Assembly: GCA_965246715.1 (NCBI GenBank)
Contig: CBDFFH010000047.1
Location: 128,001 to 192,000, forward strand
Length of the DNA: 64,000 bases
DNA from: Chamaesiphon sp.
GTDB taxonomy: Bacteria > Cyanobacteriota > Cyanobacteriia > Cyanobacteriales > Chamaesiphonaceae
Reading direction: 5' to 3'
Below are positions 40,469-50,652 of the stretch, one piece after another; within the stretch, counting starts at the first letter, position 1, and each line of letters begins with the position of its first letter. The position numbers and the translations under genes were made by a program. Below the pieces are notes generated by a model. The model was given only the letters and a program-made list of their open reading frames with translations, did no database searches and was not told the DNA's origin.

Positions 40469-41470
40469 TTACACTCTGGCGGTTATTTTAGCTTCTTTAG
40501 AAGTTAAGCGTTCGTAAGTAGCTCTCATTTTGAGACCGACCATTACTTGGAATAAACCCGTACCGTTATTGGAACCAGGATATTCTTTATGTTGGAGCAG
40601 CAAGTGAGTCATTTCACCATGATGCTTGGTAGAGATATTGCTCAGGTGGCTCTCAATGTAACTTACTTGTTCGAGGGCACCTAATTGTCCGTCGAGTTCT
40701 AGTACGGAGACAGGATGGCCATAGTACATGTCGGGGCCGTAGAACATTTTGATGCCAGGGTACGGACACTCAAGTTTGCGTCCGCAAGGCCGCCAATCGA
40801 TCGTCGAACCTTCATCAAACAGATAAACTGGAGCAAAGTCAGAGACACCTTCACGCTGGATCAAGCGCACGCGTAGGAGCTTGCTTTCTTTATCTTCGAG
40901 CAATTTAGTCGGTAGCACTTGGATGACTACATCAGCATGACCGCGTTGGGGTTCGATGTAGGCTTCAAAGTCTGGACGACGCGATTCGATCGCAGCCAAG
41001 ACATCATCGTAGCTGTGACCGCGTTCCGCCATGTCGCGCTGAATTTTCCACGCGATTTTGACATCATCGGTAATATCTAGGTAGACGCTAAAGTCTAGCA
41101 ATCCTCTGACTCTTTCATCGTAGAGCGGATGTAGCCCTTCGATTACAACAACATGATTGGGGGCGATTTTCTCAGGGGGGTCGATTAACCCGGTCTCATG
41201 ATTGTAGATTGGCTTATCGATTGTCTCGCCGTTTTTGAGTGCTTTGATTTGTTCGTACATCAAATCGAAATTATTCGCACGCGGATCGAGTGCTGTGACT
41301 TTTTGCTCCTTCCGCTGGTATCGATCGAGACTGTGATAGTCGTCCAAACAGATTACCGTTACAAATTCTTTCCCAAATAAGTCGATAATCCGTTGTAAAA
41401 ACGTTGACTTACCGCAGCCGGAATCTCCAGCAACGCCAATTAACACCACACGATCCACTTTGCCGACCAT
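40469..41470 (-). CDS. prk: Phosphoribulokinase
   Basis: GDSGCGKSTF, DDYHSLDR, KIQRDMAERGH. Confidence 0.97.
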   Translation of the reverse strand: MVGKVDRVVLIGVAGDSGCGKSTFLQRIIDLFGKEFVTVICLDDYHSLDRYQRKEQKVTALDPRANNFDLMYEQIKALKNGETIDKPIYNHETGLIDPPEKIAPNHVVVIEGLHPLYDERVRGLLDFSVYLDITDDVKIAWKIQRDMAERGHSYDDVLAAIESRRPDFEAYIEPQRGHADVVIQVLPTKLLEDKESKLLRVRLIQREGVSDFAPVYLFDEGSTIDWRPCGRKLECPYPGIKMFYGPDMYYGHPVSVLELDGQLGALEQVSYIESHLSNISTKHHGEMTHLLLQHKEYPGSNNGTGLFQVMVGLKMRATYERLTSKEAKITARV

Positions 41471-42074
41471 AGTTATCCTCTTATATCGAAATCTTTTGTA
41501 AGTATTAAGTTCTAGTTCTTTGAAATAAAATTTTACCTCAATCCGTCATCCTCATCGAACCAGCTACAGAATAATTTTCCATGTGCAACAGCATCGTTCC
41601 CGAAAAATCTGTTGCCTGGCCGATGCTGTTGCAATTATCGATTCTCTTTACAGAAAAGGCTACGCCAACGAATCGGGACATTGACATGATTGCCAAGAGA
41701 AAACCGTACATTATGTATTACGTCTTTATTCTTGCACCTGCAATCGCTGCGATCGGTTCTAGTTGGATCGAGGATGGGTGTTGGCGATCTAAAACTGTAT
41801 CCAGCGAACATTATAGCTTCGATCGGGATCCGGAGATCGGGAGACCATCTGGATATTTGGCTCGATCGCGTTATGGGGATCTAGATACTCGCACCCACCC
41901 GATCGTGATTTCTGGTATTTAGTCGATTCGCACTTGTGCAATGGGGCACAGCTACGGTATTCTGGCTGGGATATGTTTATAAAATGAATGTTATCTGCTT
42001 TTTAGTTTTAGAACTGGCAGAGATCTCGATATTGTCATTTTTTGACAATCTGGAGTGACTTACAATTACAATGA

Positions 42075-43313
<1,239 letters not shown>

Positions 43314-43352
43314 TAGGTACTCGCTGTGCGCTTCGATCCTGTCGGAGCGACC

Positions 43353-43387
43353 GAAACACATGTGGAGGTGTCCTCCGCATGTGTTTC
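43353..43387. repeat. Hairpin downstream of petH (SDR-like or terminator)
   Basis: gaaacacatgtggagg-tgt-cctccgcatgtgtttc. Confidence 0.55.
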
Positions 43388-43667
43388 ATTCAGAGGCTGC
43401 GCCTACGTCTAGAAAACTAACGTACAGAGCTACCGAATCTCGCCGATCGATTGCAACAAGATAGTGGATAGTGGATAGCAAAAAGGTCGGTGCTGACACG
43501 ATTTCCAACATATAAGTTAGCAGAACTTTGAATAACTTAATCTAAATGTGGGAATAGATGTGTGTAAGTTAACTTTGACTGCTCTTGGCTATTTACTAGT
43601 CACTATTTAGTTATGGTAAAATTGCATACAGCAAACTGAAGAAAAACTAAGTCAAAGGATTGGAGCC

Positions 43668-43991
43668 ATGTCGTCAGCAGTTGAAGTTACAGACGGTTCT
43701 TTTAAAGAGGATGTACTTGATAGTGAGATTCCAGTATTAGTCGATTTTTGGGCACCTTGGTGTGGGCCTTGCCGCATGGTAGGGCCAGTTGTAGATGAAA
43801 TTGCCGCTCAGTATGAGGGCAAAATCAAAGTCTTCAAACTCAATACTGATAATAACCCTAATGTTGCCAGTCAGTATGGGATTCGGAGTATTCCGACATT
43901 AATGATTTTTAAGGGCGGTCAAAAAGTAGATACTGTAGTTGGCGCAGTTCCAAAAGCAACCCTCTCGAATACCCTCGAAAAGTATCTCTAA
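43668..43991 (+). CDS. trxA: Thioredoxin m-type (TrxA1-like)
   Basis: [13 protein letters not shown]. Confidence 0.96.
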   Translation: MSSAVEVTDGSFKEDVLDSEIPVLVDFWAPWCGPCRMVGPVVDEIAAQYEGKIKVFKLNTDNNPNVASQYGIRSIPTLMIFKGGQKVDTVVGAVPKATLSNTLEKYL

Positions 43992-44286
43992 ACTGCGATC
44001 GACATAGTTAATTTATTATTAGAATTACTAAATTTTAGAGAATTGGTGAATCTCTAGTCTCCACTCGATAAGACTGGACGATCGTCACCAAAACTCGATC
44101 GCTCGGTCACCCCATCTTGACTGTCTGCCGATGACTAGCAAGTTAGCGATAGCTAGATTGGCAAAATATTTTAGCCAAGTAAATATTATTTCCCCCTTGG
44201 GGGAGCGTCTCATGCTAACTCAGGCTGGAGGCGCTTTTCTTTCATGAATCGATAAAATAGTAAGTAGCAGCTGGACAATTATTTAG

Positions 44287-45345
44287 ATGTCAAATATCGA
44301 TGCTCTATCTAACCTCAAAAGCGATCTGATCGCCACGATCGACCGCTTGCCGAACATGAGTAATGGTAAGTGGATTCAGCGCGCTCTTGAGGCAATTTTA
44401 CGGCTATCTGAGGCTGAGATCGATCGGTTAGACTGGAAGATTCTCAGTGCCTCAATCGGGGATATGGAGCGAGCATTTGAGGTCTTTCATCCCTATCGGC
44501 ACGTCCGCAAGATTGCAGTATTTGGCTCGGCGCGTACTAGTCCAGCGGCTCCAGAGTATCGACTCGCGCATGATTTCGCGCAACTGATTACCGAGCAAGG
44601 GTTTATGACGATTACCGGAGCTGGCGGTGGCATCATGGCCGCCGCCAATGAAGGGGCTGGAGCAGAAAATTCATTTGGGTTAAACATCCAACTACCCTAC
44701 GAGCAAGGTGCCAATCAATATATCGCTGGCGATCCAAAAGCGATCGCGTTCAAGTACTTTTTTACCCGCAAATTATTTTTCCTGCGGGAGAGCGATGCGG
44801 TAGTACTCTTTCCTGGCGGGTTCGGTACTCAGGATGAGGCCCTAGAAACGATGACGCTCTGCCAAACCGGTCGCTACGGCCCCGTACCGATGGTACTAGT
44901 CGATCGACCTGGCGGGACTTATTGGCGGGATTGGGATTTGTATTTACGCAAAAATCTCGCCGCACCAGGACTGATTAGTCCCGAGGATACGAGTTTGTAT
45001 ACGATGACCGATGATATTCATGTGGCAGCGGAGACGATTCGGACTTTTTACCGCGTCTATCACTCCAGTCGTTATGTCGATCGCGAATTCGTGATTCGAT
45101 TGAAAGTAGCTATTTGCGATCGCGATTTAGAGTTACTCAATACTGAGTTTGGCGATTTGGCAGCTGGCGGTAAGATCGCCCGAACTCTCGCGCTACCTCA
45201 AGAGTTAGACGATCCGACTGTTGATTTACCTCGGATCGCATTTAAATTCGATCGCCGTGATTATGGACGGCTGTATCAGATGATAAATGCGCTCAATCAA
45301 ATGAGTGAGGGTGTCTGTACCGATACTCATCCTGAGTCGAAATAA
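44287..45345 (+). CDS. LOG family (Rossmann-fold nucleotide-binding) protein
   Basis: FGSART, TGAGGGIM, PGGFGTQDE. Confidence 0.9.
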   Translation: MSNIDALSNLKSDLIATIDRLPNMSNGKWIQRALEAILRLSEAEIDRLDWKILSASIGDMERAFEVFHPYRHVRKIAVFGSARTSPAAPEYRLAHDFAQLITEQGFMTITGAGGGIMAAANEGAGAENSFGLNIQLPYEQGANQYIAGDPKAIAFKYFFTRKLFFLRESDAVVLFPGGFGTQDEALETMTLCQTGRYGPVPMVLVDRPGGTYWRDWDLYLRKNLAAPGLISPEDTSLYTMTDDIHVAAETIRTFYRVYHSSRYVDREFVIRLKVAICDRDLELLNTEFGDLAAGGKIARTLALPQELDDPTVDLPRIAFKFDRRDYGRLYQMINALNQMSEGVCTDTHPESK

Positions 45346-45371
45346 CCAGCTCGCCGAATAGACCTAAAAAC

Positions 45372-45406
45372 TAATCGGGTCGCTGAACTAGTCAGCGACC
45401 CGATTA
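45372..45406. terminator. Stem-loop between convergent LOG gene and tRNA
   Basis: taatcgggtcgctga-actag-tcagcgacccgatta. Confidence 0.8.
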
Positions 45407-45414
45407 ATCTAATA

Positions 45415-45487
45415 TGAGCGAGGAGGGATTCGAACCCCCGATCTTTTGGTTCGTAGCCAAATGCTTTATCCACTAAGCCACTCGCCC
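45415..45487 (-). tRNA. trnR-ACG: tRNA-Arg (anticodon ACG), CCA not encoded
   Basis: GGGCGAG acceptor, D arm GCTT/AAGC, anticodon arm TTTGG-CTACGAA-CCAAA, T loop GTTCGAATC. Confidence 0.95.
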
Positions 45488-45524
45488 CAGTCCGTTCTTA
45501 ACTATATCATACCTTTTTCAAATC

Positions 45525-46040
45525 GTGCAAAATTTTCCTCAAAATACTCAACCCAGCCAAAATTCCCAACTGACACACCTCACTGCCAGTGGCGAAGCCC
45601 AGATGGTGGATATTGCCGATAAAGCGATAACCAAGCGTACCGCAGTCGCTGGCGGGCAAGTCCGGATGTCTGTGAGTACGCTAGAGGCGATTCTGGCGGG
45701 TAATGCGCCCAAAGGTGATGCTTTAGGTACTGCGAGGATTGCAGGCATCATGGCAGCCAAGCAGACAGCCAATCTGATTCCGCTATGTCATCCGCTACCC
45801 TTAAGTAAGGTTGCTGTTGAATTAACACCCGATCGCGAGCTACCTGGCTTCCAAATTCTGGCAACGGTGACGATTAAAGCCGAGACAGGCGTAGAAATGG
45901 AAGCGCTCACAGCAGTATCGATCGCCGCGCTGACGCTATACGATATGGCTAAAGCATTAGAAAAGTCGATGCAGATCGAGAACATCCGGTTGATTAGTAA
46001 AACTGGGGGTAAGTCGGATTTTACGAACTCTGGTGGCTAG
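45525..46040 (+). CDS. moaC: Cyclic pyranopterin monophosphate synthase
   Basis: [26 protein letters not shown]. Confidence 0.96.
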   Translation: MQNFPQNTQPSQNSQLTHLTASGEAQMVDIADKAITKRTAVAGGQVRMSVSTLEAILAGNAPKGDALGTARIAGIMAAKQTANLIPLCHPLPLSKVAVELTPDRELPGFQILATVTIKAETGVEMEALTAVSIAALTLYDMAKALEKSMQIENIRLISKTGGKSDFTNSGG

Positions 46041-46212
46041 TGTCATTCGGGTTAAGGATATTGGCTTCGCTCCGGTACCACCGCCGATTGAAATCGGGGC
46101 TAACCCTGCGAAGTCCGCTGACGCGGATTGATTAACTAGTTCGCGTAGGCGGACTTCGCAGCACAAGCCGAGACTTCCAGTCTCCAGGCATCTCTTAACC
46201 CGAACTGACGTT
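46039..46212. mobile_element. MITE family A copy
   Basis: Degenerate left TIR agtgtcattcgggttaagg; right TIR cttaacccgaactgacgtt; hairpin core. Confidence 0.85.
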
Positions 46213-46335
46213 AGCTAGGGATTTTGGATTATTACTTAGCAGTCTCTGTTCCCTTGTGCCATTCCACAGTGCTCGGCCGCCCATGCCGAACGCTTAGGGC
46301 GTAAAATAGTAGCGATCGCTTTCCCCATTCTCACT

Positions 46336-46740
46336 GTGAAAAAACGGGTTACTCTTACCTTCCCCAAACGTGCGATTCAGATGCCAGTGGCGTATCGGCT
46401 GGCCAAGGATTTTAACGTTGCGGCAAATATTCTGCGCGCGCAGGTAGCACCGAATCAGATTGGGAAGTTAGTTGTCGAATTATCTGGCGATATCGACGAG
46501 CTGGAGGCAGCGGTAGAGTGGATGCGATCGCAAGGCATTCAAGTATCGACAGCAAATAAGGAAATTTCGGTGGATGAAGATATTTGTGTCGATTGTGGGC
46601 TGTGTACGGGGGTGTGCCCAACGGAGGCATTGAATCTCGATCCGGAGACATTCCGACTAAATTTCACACGATCGCGCTGTATCGTCTGCGAGCAGTGCAT
46701 TCCCACTTGTCCGGTGCAGGCGATTTCTACCAATCTGTGA
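46336..46740 (+). CDS. NIL-domain 2x[4Fe-4S] ferredoxin
   Basis: CVDCGLCTGVCP and CIVCEQCIPTCP motifs after a NIL domain. Confidence 0.9.
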   Translation: MKKRVTLTFPKRAIQMPVAYRLAKDFNVAANILRAQVAPNQIGKLVVELSGDIDELEAAVEWMRSQGIQVSTANKEISVDEDICVDCGLCTGVCPTEALNLDPETFRLNFTRSRCIVCEQCIPTCPVQAISTNL

Positions 46741-46794
46741 ATAGGGGGTAGGGAATAGGAGATAGAGATTAGTCAATCCATAATCCAAAATCGA

Positions 46795-47469
46795 ATGTCT
46801 AATTTGAGGCGATCGGTTTATCATAAGAACAGAGAATATCAAGATTTATTAAGTATTTTGACGATTACGACCGATCGCGCTCATAACGATTTAATTACTC
46901 CTAGTTGGAATATGCTGACACCGATCTGGCAAGGCGATACTGAAGTAGTTAAAAGTGGTTTACCACACAGTCAGTTGCCACCAGCATGGCAAATGTTACT
47001 ACTGGGGGATGGTTCGCCGACGCGGCATTTGCAACTACTAACGGGGGAACCGACCGAAGTAGATGTTATCGATATGTCCACGATCGGGATGGCTGAAGAT
47101 AATGCTCCCAGCTCGTTACAAATGGTGCCAGGGCCGAGGGTGCGCCGTCAGGTGTGGCTACGGACGGCTTCGGGTCAGCGATTGGCTTATGCGACCTCCT
47201 GGTGGGAGGCGCGACATGTAGATGAGTATTTAGAAAATAAATCTTTGCCAATTTGGGCGAGTTTGGCGAAGCTACGGACGGAATTGTATCGGGATGTCCA
47301 GGGCATCTATTGTGGCGAGTCGCCCGCTTTGGCCGATGCTTTTGGTGAGCCGGAAACTTCTTTGTGGGGTCGTCACTATTTATTTTGGCATCACGGTAAG
47401 CCGTTGACGCTGATTTACGAAGTGTTTTCGCCTTATCTTCAGCGCCATTTGGGTCAGATTACCAGATAA
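46795..47469 (+). CDS. ubiC: Chorismate pyruvate-lyase (Ycf21/DUF98), start uncertain
   Basis: LLGDGSPTRHL, RRQVWL, YEVFSP. Confidence 0.85.
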   Translation: MSNLRRSVYHKNREYQDLLSILTITTDRAHNDLITPSWNMLTPIWQGDTEVVKSGLPHSQLPPAWQMLLLGDGSPTRHLQLLTGEPTEVDVIDMSTIGMAEDNAPSSLQMVPGPRVRRQVWLRTASGQRLAYATSWWEARHVDEYLENKSLPIWASLAKLRTELYRDVQGIYCGESPALADAFGEPETSLWGRHYLFWHHGKPLTLIYEVFSPYLQRHLGQITR

Positions 47470-47480
47470 TTTCCATCCAT

Positions 47481-47559
47481 AAAGGAACCGCCCAAAACAC
47501 GGTTAAGTGTTTCAGGCGGAATGTGGTGTGAGGAGTGAACGGAAACATCAGCCTCCGTT
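47481..47559 (-). ncRNA. yfr1: Yfr1 small RNA
   Basis: ACTCCTCACAC motif between 5' hairpin AACGGAGGC/GTTTCCGTT and a 3' terminator; TACAAT -10 at 47566-47571; downstream of guaB. Confidence 0.92.
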
Positions 47560-47773
47560 ATCTCAATTGTAACAGCACCATTAAGATTAGGTGTTAGGGA
47601 TTAGCAGTGTTCGCCTGCCTTTGTTTCCCATCCAGAGCGCGCCAATCAGGGAAACAAGACAAGCAAAGCAACAAGACAGGAGTTAGGGATTAGGGGAAAA
47701 TTAAGAAATTAATTAATTTACCGATCGCCATCACCGTAACCTTTCAAGCCGAGACCGAGATCTCGAAAAGCTG

Positions 47774-48937
47774 TTATTTACCCATCCCCAACTGTTGCGC
47801 TTTTTGGTAGACTTTACCTTCGGTCAGGAGCGAAGGGGCGATGACCACTTCGACTTGCTGCATTTCCTTAATTGTTTTGGCACCGAGCGTGCCCATACTA
47901 GTTTGAAGTGCGCCTAAGAGGTTGTGAGTCCCATCATCCAATTTGGCAGGGCCACGTAAGATCTGCTGCAAGCTGCCAGTCGTGCCGACTTTGATCCGCG
48001 TACCTCTGGGCAATACCGGGCTGGGAGTGGCCATCCCCCAATGGAAGCCGCGTCCGGGTGCTTCGGCAGCGCGGGCAAACGGCGAACCGATCATTACACC
48101 ATCGGCACCGCAAGCGATACACTTACAAATGTCGCCACCAGTGACTAAGCCACCGTCGGCAATCACAGGGATATATTTACCCGTTTGCTTGAAAAACTCA
48201 TCTCTTGCTGCCGCACAGTCAGCAACGGCAGTAGCTTGGGGTACGCCAACACCCAGTACTCCGCGCGAAGTACAAGCTGCACCTGGGCCGATTCCGACAA
48301 GGACTGCTGCTGCACCAGCTTGCATCAATTCGAGGGTAATATCATAGGTGACGCAATTACCCAAAATCACAGGCATGGGCATTTCCTGACAGAATTTAGC
48401 TAGATTCAGCGGTTGGATGCCATCGGGAGCGAGAAATTCAGTCGAGACAACGGTAGCCTGGATAAAGAATAGATCGGCACCAGCTTTAGCGACGGCATCG
48501 CCAAATCTCACCGCACCTGCGGGTGTAGCACTAACTGCGGCAATTCCTCCGCCTGCTTTGATTTCAGCAATTCGGCGTTCGATCAATTCTGGCTTAATCG
48601 GCTCGGCATAGAGTTCCTGCATTAGGGTGACAAATCCATCATTGCCTACAGCCGCAATCCGATCGAGAATCGGGTTGGGATCGTCATAGCGTGTTTGAAT
48701 CCCTTCCAAGTTGAGTACGCCGAGCGCGCCGAGTTTTGACAACTCGATCGCCATACGGACATCGATTACCCCATCCATTGCACTGGCAATAATCGGGATC
48801 TCGCGTTTTACTCCACCAATTTGCCAGCTAGTATCTGCCAAACTGGGATCTAGTGTTCTCCCGCTAGGCACTAGGGCTATTTCGTCAAACCCGTAGGCTC
48901 TCCGTGCTGTCTTCCCTTTCCCAATTTGAATATCCAC
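47774..48937 (-). CDS. guaB: IMP dehydrogenase family protein (GuaB3)
   Basis: [23 protein letters not shown]; likely GTG start at 48937. Confidence 0.93.
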   Translation of the reverse strand: MDIQIGKGKTARRAYGFDEIALVPSGRTLDPSLADTSWQIGGVKREIPIIASAMDGVIDVRMAIELSKLGALGVLNLEGIQTRYDDPNPILDRIAAVGNDGFVTLMQELYAEPIKPELIERRIAEIKAGGGIAAVSATPAGAVRFGDAVAKAGADLFFIQATVVSTEFLAPDGIQPLNLAKFCQEMPMPVILGNCVTYDITLELMQAGAAAVLVGIGPGAACTSRGVLGVGVPQATAVADCAAARDEFFKQTGKYIPVIADGGLVTGGDICKCIACGADGVMIGSPFARAAEAPGRGFHWGMATPSPVLPRGTRIKVGTTGSLQQILRGPAKLDDGTHNLLGALQTSMGTLGAKTIKEMQQVEVVIAPSLLTEGKVYQKAQQLGMGK

Positions 48938-49221
48938 GATCGCTCCGACCTTCTTCCACAAAACGTATTTAAGTAAGCCTAACAAATAGACCGCAACATT
49001 TGTTTACTTTTTTACAGATTTTTTTTGGGGATCGTGGGTTAGGGGATCGAGTTGAGGGGTTAGGGCAGAGCAATTTAGTGGTTAGTGGCTGGTAAGTAGA
49101 GCCTAGAATCGTTTGGTTATAGTTGCTCTAGACATTTATAACGATCGACATGACGTGCTGAAAACGAATTTTTGCTGCGCCTGAGCTAGTTCTCCTAATT
49201 TCAGCACTAAATTATGATTGA

Positions 49222-49953
49222 CTATTTGCCATCTCGAAAGCGATCGGGATTCAATTTGCCCAGCCCACTATCCTTAGTATTAGTATTGTTCGGACGCAGT
49301 TGTGTCGCGGTACCGCCATCTTGGGTCGATAAAAATGGGCGCAAGTCGATACTGTCTTTGGTTTGGAACGAACGTGTTGCCGTTGCCCCAGTAGTGCCGT
49401 CAGTGGTGCCAATCCCTGGTAGTCTATTTCCCAAAATCTTACTCAGACCATTATTATTCCCTTCGGCGAAGGTAGTGACCCCAGTAGTCTGTTGCCCACT
49501 ATCTGCGAGCGTGAGATTGCGAAATACCGCATCTCTAGTAGCGATCGCATCTTTGCCTGTGGGTACTGTAAAGACAATCCGACACTCGCCATTTTTTTCG
49601 GTGGTGACACAGACGATATCATACTGATTTTTGAGATCTGTCCGCAGTTCCTTAAGTCCATCGCGACGGTACTCCTCAAGGCGACGGGCGATTTCGGTAC
49701 AACGTTTGGCGGCATTCCAATTGCTACCCATCGTACTGGGAACCGCCCACGGATACCGATCTCCAGGTCGATCGATTGGATGATAAGTAACGGTATACTG
49801 GCTAGCGATCGATTCACACATAAATCGAGCTTGAGTGCCACCGGATGGGACGCTAGTTTTGGGTGTCGGTGGGCCATATTGCGCCCCCACACTTCCAGCT
49901 GTTAGGACGGCACCTAAGATGGCCCAACTCCAGATGTTTAGATATTTATACAT
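49222..49953 (-). CDS. COP23-domain secreted protein
   Basis: Signal peptide; RFMC..., W.AAKRCTEIARRLE..., IVCVTTE. Confidence 0.75.
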   Translation of the reverse strand: MYKYLNIWSWAILGAVLTAGSVGAQYGPPTPKTSVPSGGTQARFMCESIASQYTVTYHPIDRPGDRYPWAVPSTMGSNWNAAKRCTEIARRLEEYRRDGLKELRTDLKNQYDIVCVTTEKNGECRIVFTVPTGKDAIATRDAVFRNLTLADSGQQTTGVTTFAEGNNNGLSKILGNRLPGIGTTDGTTGATATRSFQTKDSIDLRPFLSTQDGGTATQLRPNNTNTKDSGLGKLNPDRFRDGK

Positions 49954-50652
49954 ACGGCTAATTGCAAGGTGGTGTGAGGGATTGGAGCTGATAAAGTAGC
50001 AGATCTGCTTGGCTGTGATGACCGTAGATCGATGGGGAAAGTTCCGAGAATATTAAGGAGTAAAAACCGCCCGATTGAGTCTATTATCGCGCTGGCAACT
50101 GCTAAAACTCGAACCGATCGCTCCGCTAAAATTAACTCGTTCTTGCCAAATTTCCCGCCGAGCGTTCGGGTCAGATCTACTTACTAGGGAGAGTTTGAAG
50201 TCGAAAATATCGCCAACATCTGCCAAAATCAATCATCAAATGGTATACAAAATCTATACCAAATGAATTGGTGTACATGCTGATGTTAGCGGCATATTTT
50301 AGCGGTTATCGGTCGGCAGTGGAAATTGGCATTTTAATATTTTCCTTGGCTGTGGCAGCATCCTGTCGGCGATCGGCGATCGATTCGAGTATCACCTATA
50401 ATGTCATTGGATAATTATTTGTGAGTTATTTCGATCGATAACATCGTGTCAAATTGAAGTAATATATTGTTCAGATCGATGACTGTCTGGAAGAATCTAA
50501 CCAAAAAATAGCAGACAAACAACTAGATCTTATCTGTCACAATCGGTGATTCTCAAGCGGTAGCAATCGTTCCCACTCGCTGGTGGCGATTTAATCTTCC
50601 GCTGACGACCGATAACCGATTCCAAAGTCGTTCATGGTGTATTAGGTGAACT

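Noticed and set aside
41581..41922. 113-aa ORF and a weak NtcA-like GTA-N8-AAC site between prk and petH
   Set aside because: No recognisable protein features; the site mismatches the consensus and could be chance
45415..45487. tRNA as integration site of an island or prophage
   Set aside because: No integrase and no duplicated tRNA 3' end seen in the window
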